Source of the DNA: the human T2T-CHM13v2.0 reference genome, Homo sapiens
Assembly (NCBI RefSeq): GCF_009914755.1
Contig: NC_060933.1
Reading direction: 5' to 3' (one strand)
DNA length: 64,000 bases
Below are positions 13,354 through 25,686 of the stretch, piece by piece (the stretch's first letter is position 1; every line of letters starts with the position of its first letter). The notes beneath the pieces are model-generated. The model was not told where the DNA came from and did no database searches. It worked only from the letters and a program-made list of their open reading frames with translations. The translations under genes and the position numbers were made by a program.

Positions 13354-14354
13354 GTGATATACCTTAAAGATGATATAATCAGCAATTCCAAATCAAATTA
13401 ATATGCAAAAGTTCTAAGTTGCGTATCTTGCTGTTATAGTTGGATCATAAAACTAGTGATTCAACTGACTAATTAAGAGTTCAATGACCAGTGATTCTTT
13501 TCTTTGCCTTCAGGTTGCCCCACTCCCTAAATGTTGCTAAATAAAAATGGATTGATCTCTAGTCATCCAAGAAAATTCTCTTATCTCCTAAGTGAGGCTC
13601 ACTGTTGTGTGAAAGAGCCTTCAAGCTAGTGAAAGTTTTTTGGGAGCATAAGGGTGAATATCTCTTAAAAGAAAGAATGAAAAAGAAAAGAAGAAGAAGA
13701 AAAAAAGAAATTGCATGCAACATCATCATGCTCCTTACTCCTATATCCAGCCCCTTCCCACTGGGCCATTCTGGTTTCAATTCCCATGGGACAAAAGAAA
13801 GGACAGTTTTGAAATTAAATTGACTGAATAATATTTTACAATTGTGATGTGTTTGTATGAAAAACTATATACAGATTGATTATATATTTTATATTTTCCG
13901 GAGTGAGCACATATTGCTTCTTTACTCTTAAGGAACAATAAAAATGTGAACATAAACTCAGTCGGAACAGGGCTTTCCTTATTCTCTGCTTCCTTCCCAC
14001 CAAAAACCTCCAAATTAATTCATCATGTAAGCTGAAGGATTTGTGGTGTAGACTCATTAAAAAAAGATGAGCATACAGATCCTCCACATAAAATAAAGAT
14101 CCTTTGCTTAGAATGAAGGTAAATATCTAAACCCTGCACCAAACCTCCAAGTCTGGCAGAAATCCTCTCAGGAAATGATGGAGTGTAGGGAGGCCATGAT
14201 GGCAAAATGACCTTAGGAGACTTTTTCATTGTACCGTTTCTCATGCTATCCCTAAGTCCTAAAGGTTCTTGGCAATGGTTTGGGGCAGAGCAGATGAAGT
14301 CAACTGCTTGTGTCCCCATGTGGTATTGTGGAATTTATGCTAGGCTTGTTGGAA

Positions 14355-14530
14355 GATAAGTTGAAGTTCTATTAAGTTCTGTTACTTAATAACTATGAAA
14401 GCTTGGATAAATCACTGAATTTCTTTATGATGCAGTTTCCTCATCTGCAAATTAGGTATAACAATATCTATCTTTCCTACCACACAGAGCAGTTGTGAGA
14501 TTCAAATGGCAAAAGCATTTGGGGTCCATG
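14355..14530 (+). mobile_element. MIR SINE
   Basis: 'cttggataaatcactgaatttct...cagtttcctcatctgcaaattagg...gttgtgagattcaaatg'. Confidence 0.8.
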
Positions 14531-16189
14531 CTATACAATGGCAGGGCATTATTTGGTCACACATAGTCTGTATACTCAATATCTGTACCTGTTTATTATA
14601 ATTATGCATCATCTACATATAACCCATGTATCTATAAAGCATATGAGCATAATGAATGAATGATTTGTAATTGTATACTTGCATAGACTTTAATGCACTT
14701 TTGGGATCTAGGAACATTAAATGGCCTATACAAATAAAAGTTATCTTATTTTTATCACTGGGAAAGTTTCCAGGACATTATCAACACATGCTAAAGTTTC
14801 CTACATAGAATGTAATACTGAAACCTCTGCTACCTTATGCTCAGGCTCACAACTTCCATATGATTTGCCTCTTAAAAAAGCCACAGAACTTGTCAGCCAA
14901 ATTCCAAAGTGACATTCAGCAGTGCATATTTGGAATCAGTTTTGGTTTTGCTTTCAGGCTGTCACAAAAAACTACAAAACGGCTGGACACATGTACCTCT
15001 CTCCACTCTCCTCAATTTCTTTTTCCTTCTCTAGAGCGCGACTAACATGTTGGTTTCAAAACCACGATCACACGCATTCACATACACACCTTCAGCAGGA
15101 TTCTTAAGATATTGCTTCCCATATGTAGCTCATAGATCAATTTAACTATATAGCACTGCCCTGGGTTATCTCTCCTGAAACCATGTGGAATACTCATCTT
15201 CTCTAATCCTGGTCTATAGTATTTCCAAAGTACTTTACAAGCCCAAGTAGGGCCTCTAATGCCTTGCAGCAGCTGAGCTGGTAGCACACATGATATCTTA
15301 AATGTAACAATCAAAGGAGCACGCTGGATCTTGGTATTTCCGGTGGCTTGCAGATGTGCTGTGTCCGGATCCAAAATCTGTAATGTCAATTTTAGATAAA
15401 AGAAGCTTTAGACAAAATTGTCTCCCTGCCTTGTGTCAACAACTGAGCCAGGACAAGGGAACGCTCTCTGATAGCAAGGCTGCATGTATTGCATATCAGT
15501 TATCTGACCCCTACAATAATTTCTGGGGGTGTGTGTGTCCGTGAGCAACCTTGCTCAAGATTTATGTAATGGAGGGCATTGTTATATTAATCTACACCAT
15601 GTGGAACTCTCCAGGTGCTAAGCTTTGATCTTCCTGTCCTCTGGTGCATTAAGTTTTCTAGTATTCATTGACAATGATATTTGTGATTTAAAACACTCCC
15701 TTTCCTGGCTACAGAGGGGACACAAAAAAGGGTTCAGAAAACTGTACTTTGAACCAGACACCCTCAACTTTCCTTGTTTGGTTTCAGTTTGGTATAAAAT
15801 CCACTCTGATTCTGTTTAGAATTTGATAGGCACTCCAAGGAGTAAAAGAATATCTTTCTGAAACATTTTATGGCACATTAGATTACTGCTGAAAATGCCA
15901 GACTTGGCTGACTGGGGACGCTTGGCCTTTGTCAAAGTGGAATGTGAAGATGGAAAGTAAAAGGCGATTTTCCACTTCTCACTGCTACGAGGAAAAGGGA
16001 AAGGGAGGTGGGAAGGATACAAAGAGATACAGACATTCGGAAATCCAAGTCTGTCGTGAACCTAATAGCAACAAGAATAAAATGATAAAATTTTCTAATA
16101 CAAAAGCATAATAAGCCCTGATATGTCATATTTCAGGAAATACAGTATTACTTTGGAGGAAAATGTAAAGAAATATCAAACAGGTTAAA

Positions 16190-16395
16190 GGTAATATAGT
16201 ACACACTGGTTAAGGACACAGACCCTGGTGTCAGATTGCCTGGTCCAAACCCCATTTCTCCTGCTTAACTAATGTCAGGTTCCCCATCTGTAAAATGGGG
16301 ATAATTACAGTATCTGTCTCCCAGATTACTGGGAATATTAAATGAGCACTCAGAACAGGGACAGTATATCCTCAGTGCTATATAAGTGTTTGCTA
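16190..16395 (+). mobile_element. MIR SINE
   Basis: 'tggttaaggacacagaccctggtgtcagattgcctgg...ccccatctgtaaaatggggataat'. Confidence 0.85.
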
Positions 16396-16759
16396 ACACC
16401 TTACCCATATCCTCTGCTGATAATACCTGTAATTTGCAACACAGATTACTTTTTATTTTTATCTCTAGTATTAACTAGTATGATGCCTTTGAACTTCCTG
16501 GGCTGGCAGAGGTCAAGGCTGGATTCCTATGAGGTATGTAAATGGCAACTCCTTTATTGGGGAAGAGAATAGGTTCCAACTACATAGATTTGTTCAAGAA
16601 CACTAATCCCAGAGGAAGAAATTAAGGAAGAGGAACAGTGATGTTCTGGGGTCATGGGATCCCGAGGGCTCTGGAAGGCCCTCCCTATCTTCTCCCTTGT
16701 AGGGAAAAGATATTCCCTCTTCTTCAAACCTCTCCATCTGCATAGAATACAGAAGTATT

Positions 16760-17010
16760 ATTGCCTCTATCACCATAGATGCATTTTGCTTCTCCTTAAA
16801 CTTCATATAAATGGAATCCTGTACTAAAACTTACTCTTCTGTATCTGGCTTTTTCACCCAGTAACAAAACTAAGATTCATGCATGTTTTTGCACATATCA
16901 GTAGTTCATTCTCTTTCATTGCTGTGTAGAATTTCATTGTATAAGTATGTCACAGTTTATTTACTAATTCTACTCTTAAGTTGTTTGCAACTTTTGGATG
17001 CTATAAATAC
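16760..17010 (-). mobile_element. Old L1 (L1ME/L1M) 3' fragment
   Basis: 'aacttcatataaatggaatc...ttctgtatctggctttt...agattcatgcatgtt...agtagttcattctctttcattgctgtgtag'. Confidence 0.8.
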
Positions 17011-17849
17011 ATTTGAAGATTAATTTTTAAAAGACATTTTAATAGTAAGCTTCATTAACACTTTTGTAGAAGTGTATGCACTAGCTTTTCTTTTTGCTTA
17101 CACTCGAGTTGAATTCAGGAAGCTTTGATGTTTTCTAAGCATTTTGGTGGGGGTTCTTTATTGTCTAAATCAGATTGTCTCTTTAAGAAGGGTTTAATTT
17201 TTATTACGTGGGGCAGTGCCAGCCATCTTTATTAATAATGATAGCTGAATAGTCACAAATGGTGATCAGGTGAGACTCATCCTGTTACTTTGTAAAGCTA
17301 TTGCGGGATTCCAGGACTGATTTGCTCTAGTTCAAAAGAAAGATCGGAGATATGCTAAGATGATGAAAAATTCATGTTCCTAAACTAGTGTACATAGGAC
17401 AGAAAAGGTTTTCCTAAGGAAGGCTCCTACATCCACATTCATTTTGAGGAGATGAGTGTGGGACGCTTTGAAGCCAGTGCCATTGCTAGACACAGGTGTT
17501 CCAGGACTCCATTTCTTCCTCATATGATGGGAGGCAGAAGTTAAGAGGCATTTTATTCCGGAAGTATCAGAGAGAGGGCATGTGTAACTCTCAAACAGCC
17601 TGAGCCTGTTGTGCATTCGTCAGCAATGTCCACTGCTAGAGACACAAGTGGGCAATGCAGTGGGAAATAAATGGAATGGTTGCGGGACTAAAGGACTAGA
17701 AGTCCCATTTCCCATTTCAGGATGTGCAGAATGGAGAAACAGCCTTACAAGACTTTTGCAGTACTTGGATATAGTCCAAAGAGAGGAAAAGAAGGCAGAG
17801 GAGAGTGCCAGAAAGTCTCCCCCTTTTTAAAGAGAAACTTACCTGCTAA

Positions 17850-17960
17850 GAATGCGTTAAATTAGCCTTGTTTAGCCTAGGACTGAGGGTTTTCCATTGG
17901 CATGGGACTGGTAATGTTAAAATTAAGAAAGTCCTAAGCAAAGCAGGCACTTTGGAGAAC
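17850..17960. mobile_element. hAT-Blackjack MITE (MER81/MER94-like)
   Basis: Near-palindromic arms 'ccttgtttagcctaggact' / 'agtcctaagcaaagcagg' around 'gagggtttt...catgggact', matching recalled MER81 structure. Confidence 0.6.
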
Positions 17961-18169
17961 AAGGCAGATTTAGCAGATCCCGCAGAGTTCTAGATTGCCT
18001 GGGCAGCAAGGGATTACCTAATCGGATTACCTAATCCAGGAGTTGTAAAGTTTGTTTAGCAGGAGACCAGTCTCCCTTTTTTGAATGCAGGATCTTTGGC
18101 ATTAGCTTAGAAACTCAGCCCGATGAAGTGGAGCTGTGCTGTTCAAAGCAGAGAAGTCTCCATTTAGCC

Positions 18170-18290
18170 TAACCGCTCCATTTATAGATAGAGAAACTGA
18201 GGCCGAGAGACTTGTCACACCCCATCTAGTTTACAACAGGCCTAGGACTGAATCTCGACTTGTCTTCTGAACTGTTCTTGGCCCACTACC
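18170..18290 (-). mobile_element. MIR SINE
   Basis: 'ccattttatagatagagaaactgaggccgagagacttg'. Confidence 0.75.
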
Positions 18291-18339
18291 ACTGTTCTTC
18301 AAAGAATGGGCAGGGTATTCCCCACCACCCCCAGTCAGC

Positions 18340-20045
18340 GTCATCCAAAGCAATTTACAGATGCAGTGTAACGTGCATCTAAATGCCAATGATGTTCTTT
18401 ATAGAAATAGAAAAAAAAAATCCTAAAATTTGCATGTGATCACAAAATATCTGCCATCTTGAGCAAAAAGAATAAATAATAAAGCTAGAGGCATCACACT
18501 ACCTGACTTCAGAATTTACTACAGAGCTATAGTAACCAGATCATGTGATACTGGCATAAAAACAGACACATAGACCAATTTAACAGACAAGAGAACCCAG
18601 AGATAAATCCATGCATTTCCCGTGAACTCATTTTCAACAAAGATGCCAAGAAGAAACAATGGGAAAGGACAGTCTCTTCAATAAATGGTGCTGGGGAAAC
18701 TGGATATCCATATGCAGAAGAATGAAACTAGACCCTTATCTCTCACTACATACAAAAATAAAATGAAGATGGATTAAAGACTTTAATCTAAAACCTGAAA
18801 CTATGAAATTACTAGAAGAAAACATTGGGGAAATGCTCCAAGACATTAGTCTGGACAAAGAATTTTTGTATAAGACCTCAAAAGCCCAAGCAACCAAAGC
18901 AAAAGTAGACAAATGGGATCACATCAAGCTAAAAAGCTTCTGCACAACAAAGGATACAATCAACAAAATGAAGAGACAACCCACAGAATGGGAGAAAATA
19001 TTTGTAAACTACCCGTTGGACAAGGAATTAACAACCAGAATATATAGGGAGCTCAAACAACTCAATAGCAAAAAACAAAACAAAATACCAAAAAACAAAT
19101 AATCTGATTAAAAATAGGCAAAAGATCTGAATAGATGTTTCTCAAAAGAAGACATACAGTGGCCAACAAGTATATGAAAAAATGCTCAGCATCACTAATC
19201 ATCAGAGAAATGCAAATCACAATGAGATAGCATCTCGTCCCAGTTAGAATGGCGTTTATTAAAAAAAATAGGCAATAACAGATGCTGGTGAGGATGTGTA
19301 GAAAAGGGAACCCTCATACACTGTTGGTGGGAATGTAAATTAGGATAGCCACTACGGAAAACAGTACAGAGTTTCCTCAAAAAACTAAAAATAGAACTGC
19401 CATAAAATCCAGCAATTCCACTACTGGGTATGTATCCAAATAAAGAAAATCAATATATCAAAAAGACACCTGTACTCCTATGTTGATTGCAGCACTATTC
19501 ACAATAGCCAAAATATGGATGGATGAATGGATTTTAAAATGTGGTGTATATACATGATGGAATATTATTCAACAATAAATAAGAATGAAATCCTGTCATT
19601 TGCAGCAACAAGAATAGAACTGGAGGTCACTATGTTAAGCAAAATAAGTCAAGCACAGAAAGACAAATATTGCATGTTCTCATATGTGGGAGCTAAAAAA
19701 GTGGATCTCATGAAGATAGAGTATAGATTATGGTAACCAGAAGCTGGGAAGAATAGTGGAGAGATGGGGATAAAGAGAAGTTGATTAATGGGTACAAATA
19801 TATGCTTTGATAGAAAAAATAAGACCTAGTGTTAGGTAGATCAGTAGGGTGACTATAGTTTACCATAATCCATTGTATATTTCAAAGGAGCTAGGGAGAA
19901 GAATTTGAATGGTTCTAGTATAAAGAAAAGACAAATATTTAAGGTGATGGATATCCCAAGTACACTGATTTGATCTTTACAAATTATATGCATACATTAA
20001 ATGATCACATATACCCCCAAACTGTGTACAACTATTATGAAAAAA
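18340..20045 (+). mobile_element. 5'-truncated L1MA (L1MA3-5-like): 3' ORF2 remnant plus 3' UTR
   Basis: ORF 18803-19102 (KLLEENIGE...[22 protein letters not shown]...[10 protein letters not shown]) is L1 ORF2p C-terminal sequence with stops/frameshifts on either side. L1MA-type 3' end 'cagtagggtgactatagtt...ggtgatggatatccc'. Confidence 0.96.
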
Positions 20046-21300
20046 CAATACTTACCAGGGGACTCTGTTCTAGACTATCTTGGAGAAGTTCTAAAAATAT
20101 GCATTATAACAAGTTCCCAGGTAATTCTTATGAACATGTGGCTGCTTAAGTCTTACCACTCCCACGCCTTACTCCAGGATTCTTACCTGAGAGGTATTGA
20201 AGACCATTTACTCTCATAATCTCTCAAGCTTATCATTTGTAATTTGGGCACTGGAGTTTTCTGCAGGTTACTGAACAGGATAATAAAAGGAACCCCAAAT
20301 CTTGGGGAACAGGCAGTCTATATAAACCAGCCCCTTCTGCTCATGCTTCTGCCCATCACAGCTGGGCTGGAGCTGGGCTCTTCTCTGTCGGCTCAGGGGA
20401 GTGACTCTCCCGTGCTGGCCTGGTCAGCTTCGGGATTCACTCTCTTGCCTCATCATGAGTTTTTTGTCACTATGGTAGAAATATTCTTTTCCTTGGACAG
20501 AGATAGATGAGTCTTCCTGAGAAGCTCTGCCCTGTTCCCTGGGGGGCTTTAATTCCTCTCCTGTTGGCTCCATTGTGTCCTATGATGATGTTAACGGCAT
20601 GGCCCAGTATGGTGTGGTTTATATGGCTTTCCTATTTTTTTTCTTCCACTCTTTTTCAGAAGCATCTTCTCCTTCTGCATCATATGGTTGGCTTTGGCTT
20701 TGAGAAAATTGATAGGGATAGGAGATCCAAAGGAGGATGTCTCACCTTATAATGCCAGTTCATCATATTTTCCTATGAAAATATTCTACTGTTACGATTC
20801 TGGGGTGGCTAATATAAATAATAAACAGCAACCATTGGGCTGAATTCTTCTATATTATCTCCTTTTAAGTTTAAAATTCTTAACTTCTATTTTTTAACAA
20901 TTAAAAATGTTACAGCTTTATGCATTGGGTTTGCTTCAGTTTCTTCCCGGGAGACCTGAATAATACTTTCTTCTACCCTCATCCCTGAACCCTCCCTCAT
21001 CCCCTACCAAATAAAACCAAACAAGAGACTGTGGACTTCCAGAGCATCAGAAGCTGGCTGCTAATTGCATATCCTTGGAGGAATATGTTTGTCTAACTTC
21101 TTTGAGGCTGGTGGATCTCCATGCTATGGTTTATAAGCTGAGCAGGACTCCACTGTATTCTTCTCTATCAGGCTCTACTCTCTAAGCACTAGCCTGGCTT
21201 ACTGCTCAGACTGAGCCTGAAGCAGTCAGTTGGATCTGATATGGTTTTGGGTGGCTCACCAAGGGTGGGACTGGCCCTTCTTGAATGTTCTTGAAGACAT

Positions 21301-21358
21301 TGGTAGTGTCAGATTGGGCCCTTAAGAACTGGTGGTGTCAGATTGGGCCCCTAGGAAT
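21301..21358. repeat. 29-bp tandem duplication
   Basis: tggtagtgtcagattgggcccttaagaac / tggtggtgtcagattgggcccctaggaat. Confidence 0.9.
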
Positions 21359-21904
21359 GTTTAGCCAAATCCCACTCATCTGAATGTATCCACATGCCAT
21401 CTAGCTACAGACTTGTGAAACCCTATGTTTCTAGATTCTTTAGCTTTAGTAGAATGGAGGAAAATGTCTTGGTATGTCCGCCTTGGTTAGGAATATGCAG
21501 GCCCAGGTATGGTTCAGAGGTCCATGTGGCACAGCTGCTAGTCCTTGTGGCTGCAGCAGGTGGGTTTCCTGTGGTGGGGGTGGAGGGGGAAGAGAGGGAA
21601 AGGAGAGAATGAGTTTCCTCCTGATGAGGACCTTGTCAAGACATGGTGGCCAGAAGTTACGCTGAGGACAGAGTTCCCTCCCCACCTAAAAAAAGAGAAC
21701 ACCCCACTGCTGCAGTGGGGTAGCTGTGGACGCAGGCAGGGCCACCGTTTCTCCTTTCCTCAGAGGGTTCCATTCAGCCTGCTGAGCAGGCCCAGCCCTG
21801 CCTTACTGTCTGTGAATCTCTCTCTAGAGCTAACACCCATGCCTAGACCAACCCACTCTCTGTGAATCTGCTCCCCAAGCTGTACCCACCTTTGACTTGT
21901 AACA

Positions 21905-22255
21905 AACCAGTCAGCATTTGCTGCCTACTGAATAAACCACCCCAAAAGGTAGCAGCATGCAGTGATAAACAGTTGTTTTCATCACAGGTCTGTGTGGTGG
22001 CTAGGCTGGCTGTGCTCCCTGGGTTCCTTCTGGGGCTCCAGATGAATGGGTAGCCACCAACAGGAGTTATGGAAACACATCATGGCTCTTGGGGAACCAA
22101 GACTCAGACCTGCCGGACACTTACTGCCACCCACATTCTCTGGGCCACAGAGAGTCAGAGACAAGCCCAGTGTCAGTGGAGCTGGGAAATATCTGCCGAT
22201 GGAGGCGGGGGTGGGGTGGAGTGACTATCTGCTAGGTAATCATCTAACCTACCTC
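21905..22255 (-). mobile_element. Old MLT1 (H/I-like) LTR
   Basis: 'aataaaccaccccaaaa' ... 'cacttactgccacccacattctctgggccacagagagtca...caagcccagtgtcagtgg'. Confidence 0.6.
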
Positions 22256-24309
22256 ATCTGGTATTCCTCTTCAGCTTCTTCATGAACAGAGCCCAGATCC
22301 TGGCACTGACCCCTCTGGGGATTCCAAATGTATCTGCAGGGTGTTTCCAGCAGGAGAATCCGCTGCTAGGATTTAGCTGTGTGTCCATGTCTGTGGTATT
22401 GTGGATTGGGCCTGCCAGAAATAGACAAAATAAATGCTGCAGGAGAGACTTTAGTGTCCTCTGAATTTCACCTTTAGTAAAATTAGAGGCTTGTATATGA
22501 AGCCGTAGCTCTGAGAGAAGTATTAACTAAAGCCCGAACTCAGGCTTTGATGTTTGAAGTTGATGAGAAGATGGTTCAGTACCACATGGTATCATTACCT
22601 ATCTGGGCTCCCCAGCAGACATAGCTAATTTTAGATTTCTTTTCTGCGGACAGGGGATGGTAGCAAACAAAATTTCAAGGCAGCATGAAGCACTACTGCT
22701 AATAAATTGGATGGCGAGATGGTCCCTTGGTGCTATCCCTGACCCAAGAACTTGAATATAGGTGGATGGCTTAGGTGTGACAGTGTGACACATCAATGGC
22801 ATTACATTTTTGGGAATGGTGCCAGGTGGCACCAAACTCAGAGAGTTCCTGGACATAGGCCTAATGTCCTTATGGTTCTTACATCCAAGCTTCTGGTGCA
22901 AGGAAGATGGGTGGGCAAAGTAGATCAGCTGTGATTGGCAAGGAAACCACCTTCTGGTACTGAGGAAACCAAGTTTACAATGGGCTGGATCTGGGAAAGT
23001 GACACAGGGCAATAACAGTGAGTAGAATTATGGATCTCTAACTATCTTTAAAGCACTGCTCAGGCAATGCATTGTCAGCAATCCAGAAGACATTATAAAA
23101 GGAATGCTTTCTGGGCAAAGCCCTGAGACTCTGGAAATCAGAAATCATTTTATTAGTTTCACTGAAGATAGCCGCTTTTTGGTGGAATAAAATCCCAAAG
23201 GGATGCCACCTCTAGTAATTCAGAAGCAAGGGTATGGTTAGGAGATGCCCTTGAATGACAAGTTTACATAAATCTATAGACAGAGGTCTGGTAGGTCCTC
23301 CTGGAAAAGACGGAAGCAGGTAGACAAGTTGTTCAGCACCAAAGCCTTAGGCATACAAGAAGAAAGGAGAGATTTATGTCCAATGAGGTGGTATCTGGCC
23401 CCAAGTTTCTGCGCCACCCACCCCCCACTCTTGCTCAGTCAGCTCCAACCAAACTCATCTCTGAGTCCTAAATAGGAAACATTGTTTCACTTAACACTTT
23501 ATAATTTATTGGGGCCACAAGTCTCTCTGCTTTGGGATCCACATGGAAAATGTTTCCTTAAAGGAAAAGTCAGAAACATTCTTCCCATTTCTTCCCAGGA
23601 CACCAGGAGGCTTTAGTTACCCTCCAGACCTGAGCGTGACGATACCAGCTGTGTCTGGCTCAGGCGAGGGTGGTTTGCAGACACTGGTGGATCCTGAGGA
23701 AGAGGCAGTGGTAGCAGGCAGAGTTGGACGAAATTTGGCAGAAACTGGGTTGCCTGGCAGAAGCCACAGGATCTGGCAGGCAGCAATGATGTGCAGTGGA
23801 TGGTGGGGCCCTGCAGAACAACTAGGGCTCCCCAGGAAGCATCTCTGTGGGTCTTTGTGGGCAGTCCTGGCTGTAGTGGTAGACAGCACTGAAGGATGGA
23901 GGAAGAGAGAAGAAACAGGCAGAAGCCATGTGGTAGTTAACAAGGCTTATTTAGGAGCAAATTGATGATACTCCCTGAGGACTCGCAGAAATTACCAGCA
24001 GTGGACAGGGTTATCTGTGGTGAATTCAGTTATTCCACTTGCAGGAGGAAAGCCAGCCAGCAAAGTCATGACTATTCATGTAAATTTGTTTCCCATTGAA
24101 ATGCTGGCTTGGTGTGGCCTAGAACATCTAGTTTGCAGAAACTTTCCTATTGGCTTCTTGCCCTGCCCCTTCACATGTCCTACAAACACTCTGCCACTTT
24201 GGCCTCTGGACCTGGAAGCTTTTTTCTGAATTTATCTTCTGTGAAGGCCAAACAGGCCTTGGAGTCTAGAGTCCATTTCTGATAGGAGAGACCGCTGATT
24301 TGATCATAT

Positions 24310-24458
24310 GGAGTAGAGGTTAGTGTGAAGTCTGGTGTCTAACTCCTGAAAGCCACCTCCAGCTCCCATCTGAGTAGTTTTGTGATCCTGGGAAAGCTGT
24401 ATAATCTCTCAGAATTTCAACTGTGATACAATAGTAGTAGTACCACTCTGAGGGTCCA

Positions 24459-24503
<45 letters not shown>

Positions 24504-24560
24504 TTTGTGAAAACGTACACAGAGCACTTAGAACAGTCCCTCAGTAGCTACACCTGGTAG
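24310..24560 (+). mobile_element. MIR SINE carrying a (TG)20 microsatellite
   Basis: 'tgtgatcctgggaaagctgtataatctctc' and 'agagcacttagaacagt'; perfect (TG)20 at 24461-24500. Confidence 0.7.
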
Positions 24561-24829
24561 CGGCATCATTCATATAACACCTTTTAAATTCATTAAACAA
24601 ATACTATTGAGCACCCACTATATGCCAGATCTTAGTGAAATAAGCAAAGTTTTCATTAGAGAGGGAGGAGGGATGGGGGTATTGGAGGTTTGAGGAGGGA
24701 AGGTATGAAGTAATCACTACAGAGAAAGGGAGGGTGTGTTGATTAGGAAAACAGAGTAGAATTCCTGCACAATTCGGAGGGACTTGAGAATCCCTCCTTA
24801 AAAGGTTGAAAAATGTGCAATTTCTTAAC

Positions 24830-25066
24830 TGTGATTTTTCAGCTTCGATTTTTTTTGTTTTTTAAAGCAGAGGAACCACTTCTTCAAAGAAGTCCTGTGG
24901 AGGCCATCAGTATATTGAAGGCTAAAGGGGAGCTGTTCTGGTTGAGGTGGCTGGGGGAGTGGTAGCCTCCTCCACACATGGACTCAACCCCTGTCCTCTG
25001 TGAATGTCTTTCTGGTTCCTCAGTAGCATCTCTAGAGATCTGGGGAACCCAGTTTAGAAACCACTA
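24830..25066. mobile_element. hAT-Charlie MITE (MER117/MER113-like)
   Basis: Terminal 'ctgtgatttttca' / 'cagtttagaaaccact' and internal 'gagctgttctggttgaggtgg'. Confidence 0.55.
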
Positions 25067-25282
25067 TTTAGCTCAGCTCAATAACAAAGCCTCAGTCATC
25101 AAAGCAGAAAAGCAACTCGAGATCAAGCATCATATTTGACATTCAGATTTGTGAACAGCCCAGTCTTCCATTTACTGTATCTGAGTTTTGTGGAAGTTGC
25201 AAAAGACAAAGAAAATATAATACTCATTTTGATATCAAGGGTTTTATGACAGTGCAATTTTATAAACAGCATTACTTTAATA

Positions 25283-25686
25283 CCTTTATCAGATATTTCT
25301 TGCCCCAATAATGCTGCATCACAAACCACCTCCAAACTCAGTGGCTTAATTCAGTGATCATTTATTGTCCTACCCCTGGTTCTGTAGGTTGGTGGGGGTG
25401 GCTCTGATGCAGGCTGTGGGTCTGCAGGTGGTTTTTTCTTCTGTGTCTCATACTGGAGCCCAGGCTACCCAAGGTAGATTTGCACAGTGATAGCAGAAGC
25501 ATGCTTGAAGCATCTGCTCACATCTTATTTACTGAAAGCTCATGTTAAAGCAAGTCATGTGGTCAAGGCAAAAGTCAAAGGGCAGGGAAGTACACTCTGC
25601 TCATCATGAGGTCACAGTAAGGATGTGGATGTATGTTACTACTAGAGAGGAGTGCAAAAGTGAGACCAGTAATTCAATCCACTACA
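25283..25686 (-). mobile_element. MLT1 (H/I-like) solo LTR
   Basis: 'aataatgctgcatcacaaaccacctccaaactcagtggctta...aaagcaagtcatgtggtcaag...aattcaatccactaca'. Confidence 0.8.

Noticed and set aside
18803-19102. L1 ORF2p-like ORFs (also 36498-36926) as functional CDS
   Set aside because: Short open remnants within truncated, mutated L1MA/L1MB copies that lack the endonuclease and reverse-transcriptase domains.
21560-21610. G-quadruplex candidates (also ~22200 and the L1 3' UTR at ~7270-7300)
   Set aside because: Irregular G-runs or a standard L1 feature; nothing locus-specific to support function.
23543-23965. Overlapping antisense ORFs of 140 and 108 aa in a more GC-rich patch
   Set aside because: No recognisable homology and no convincing splice or promoter context; lengths are within chance expectation for 64 kb.
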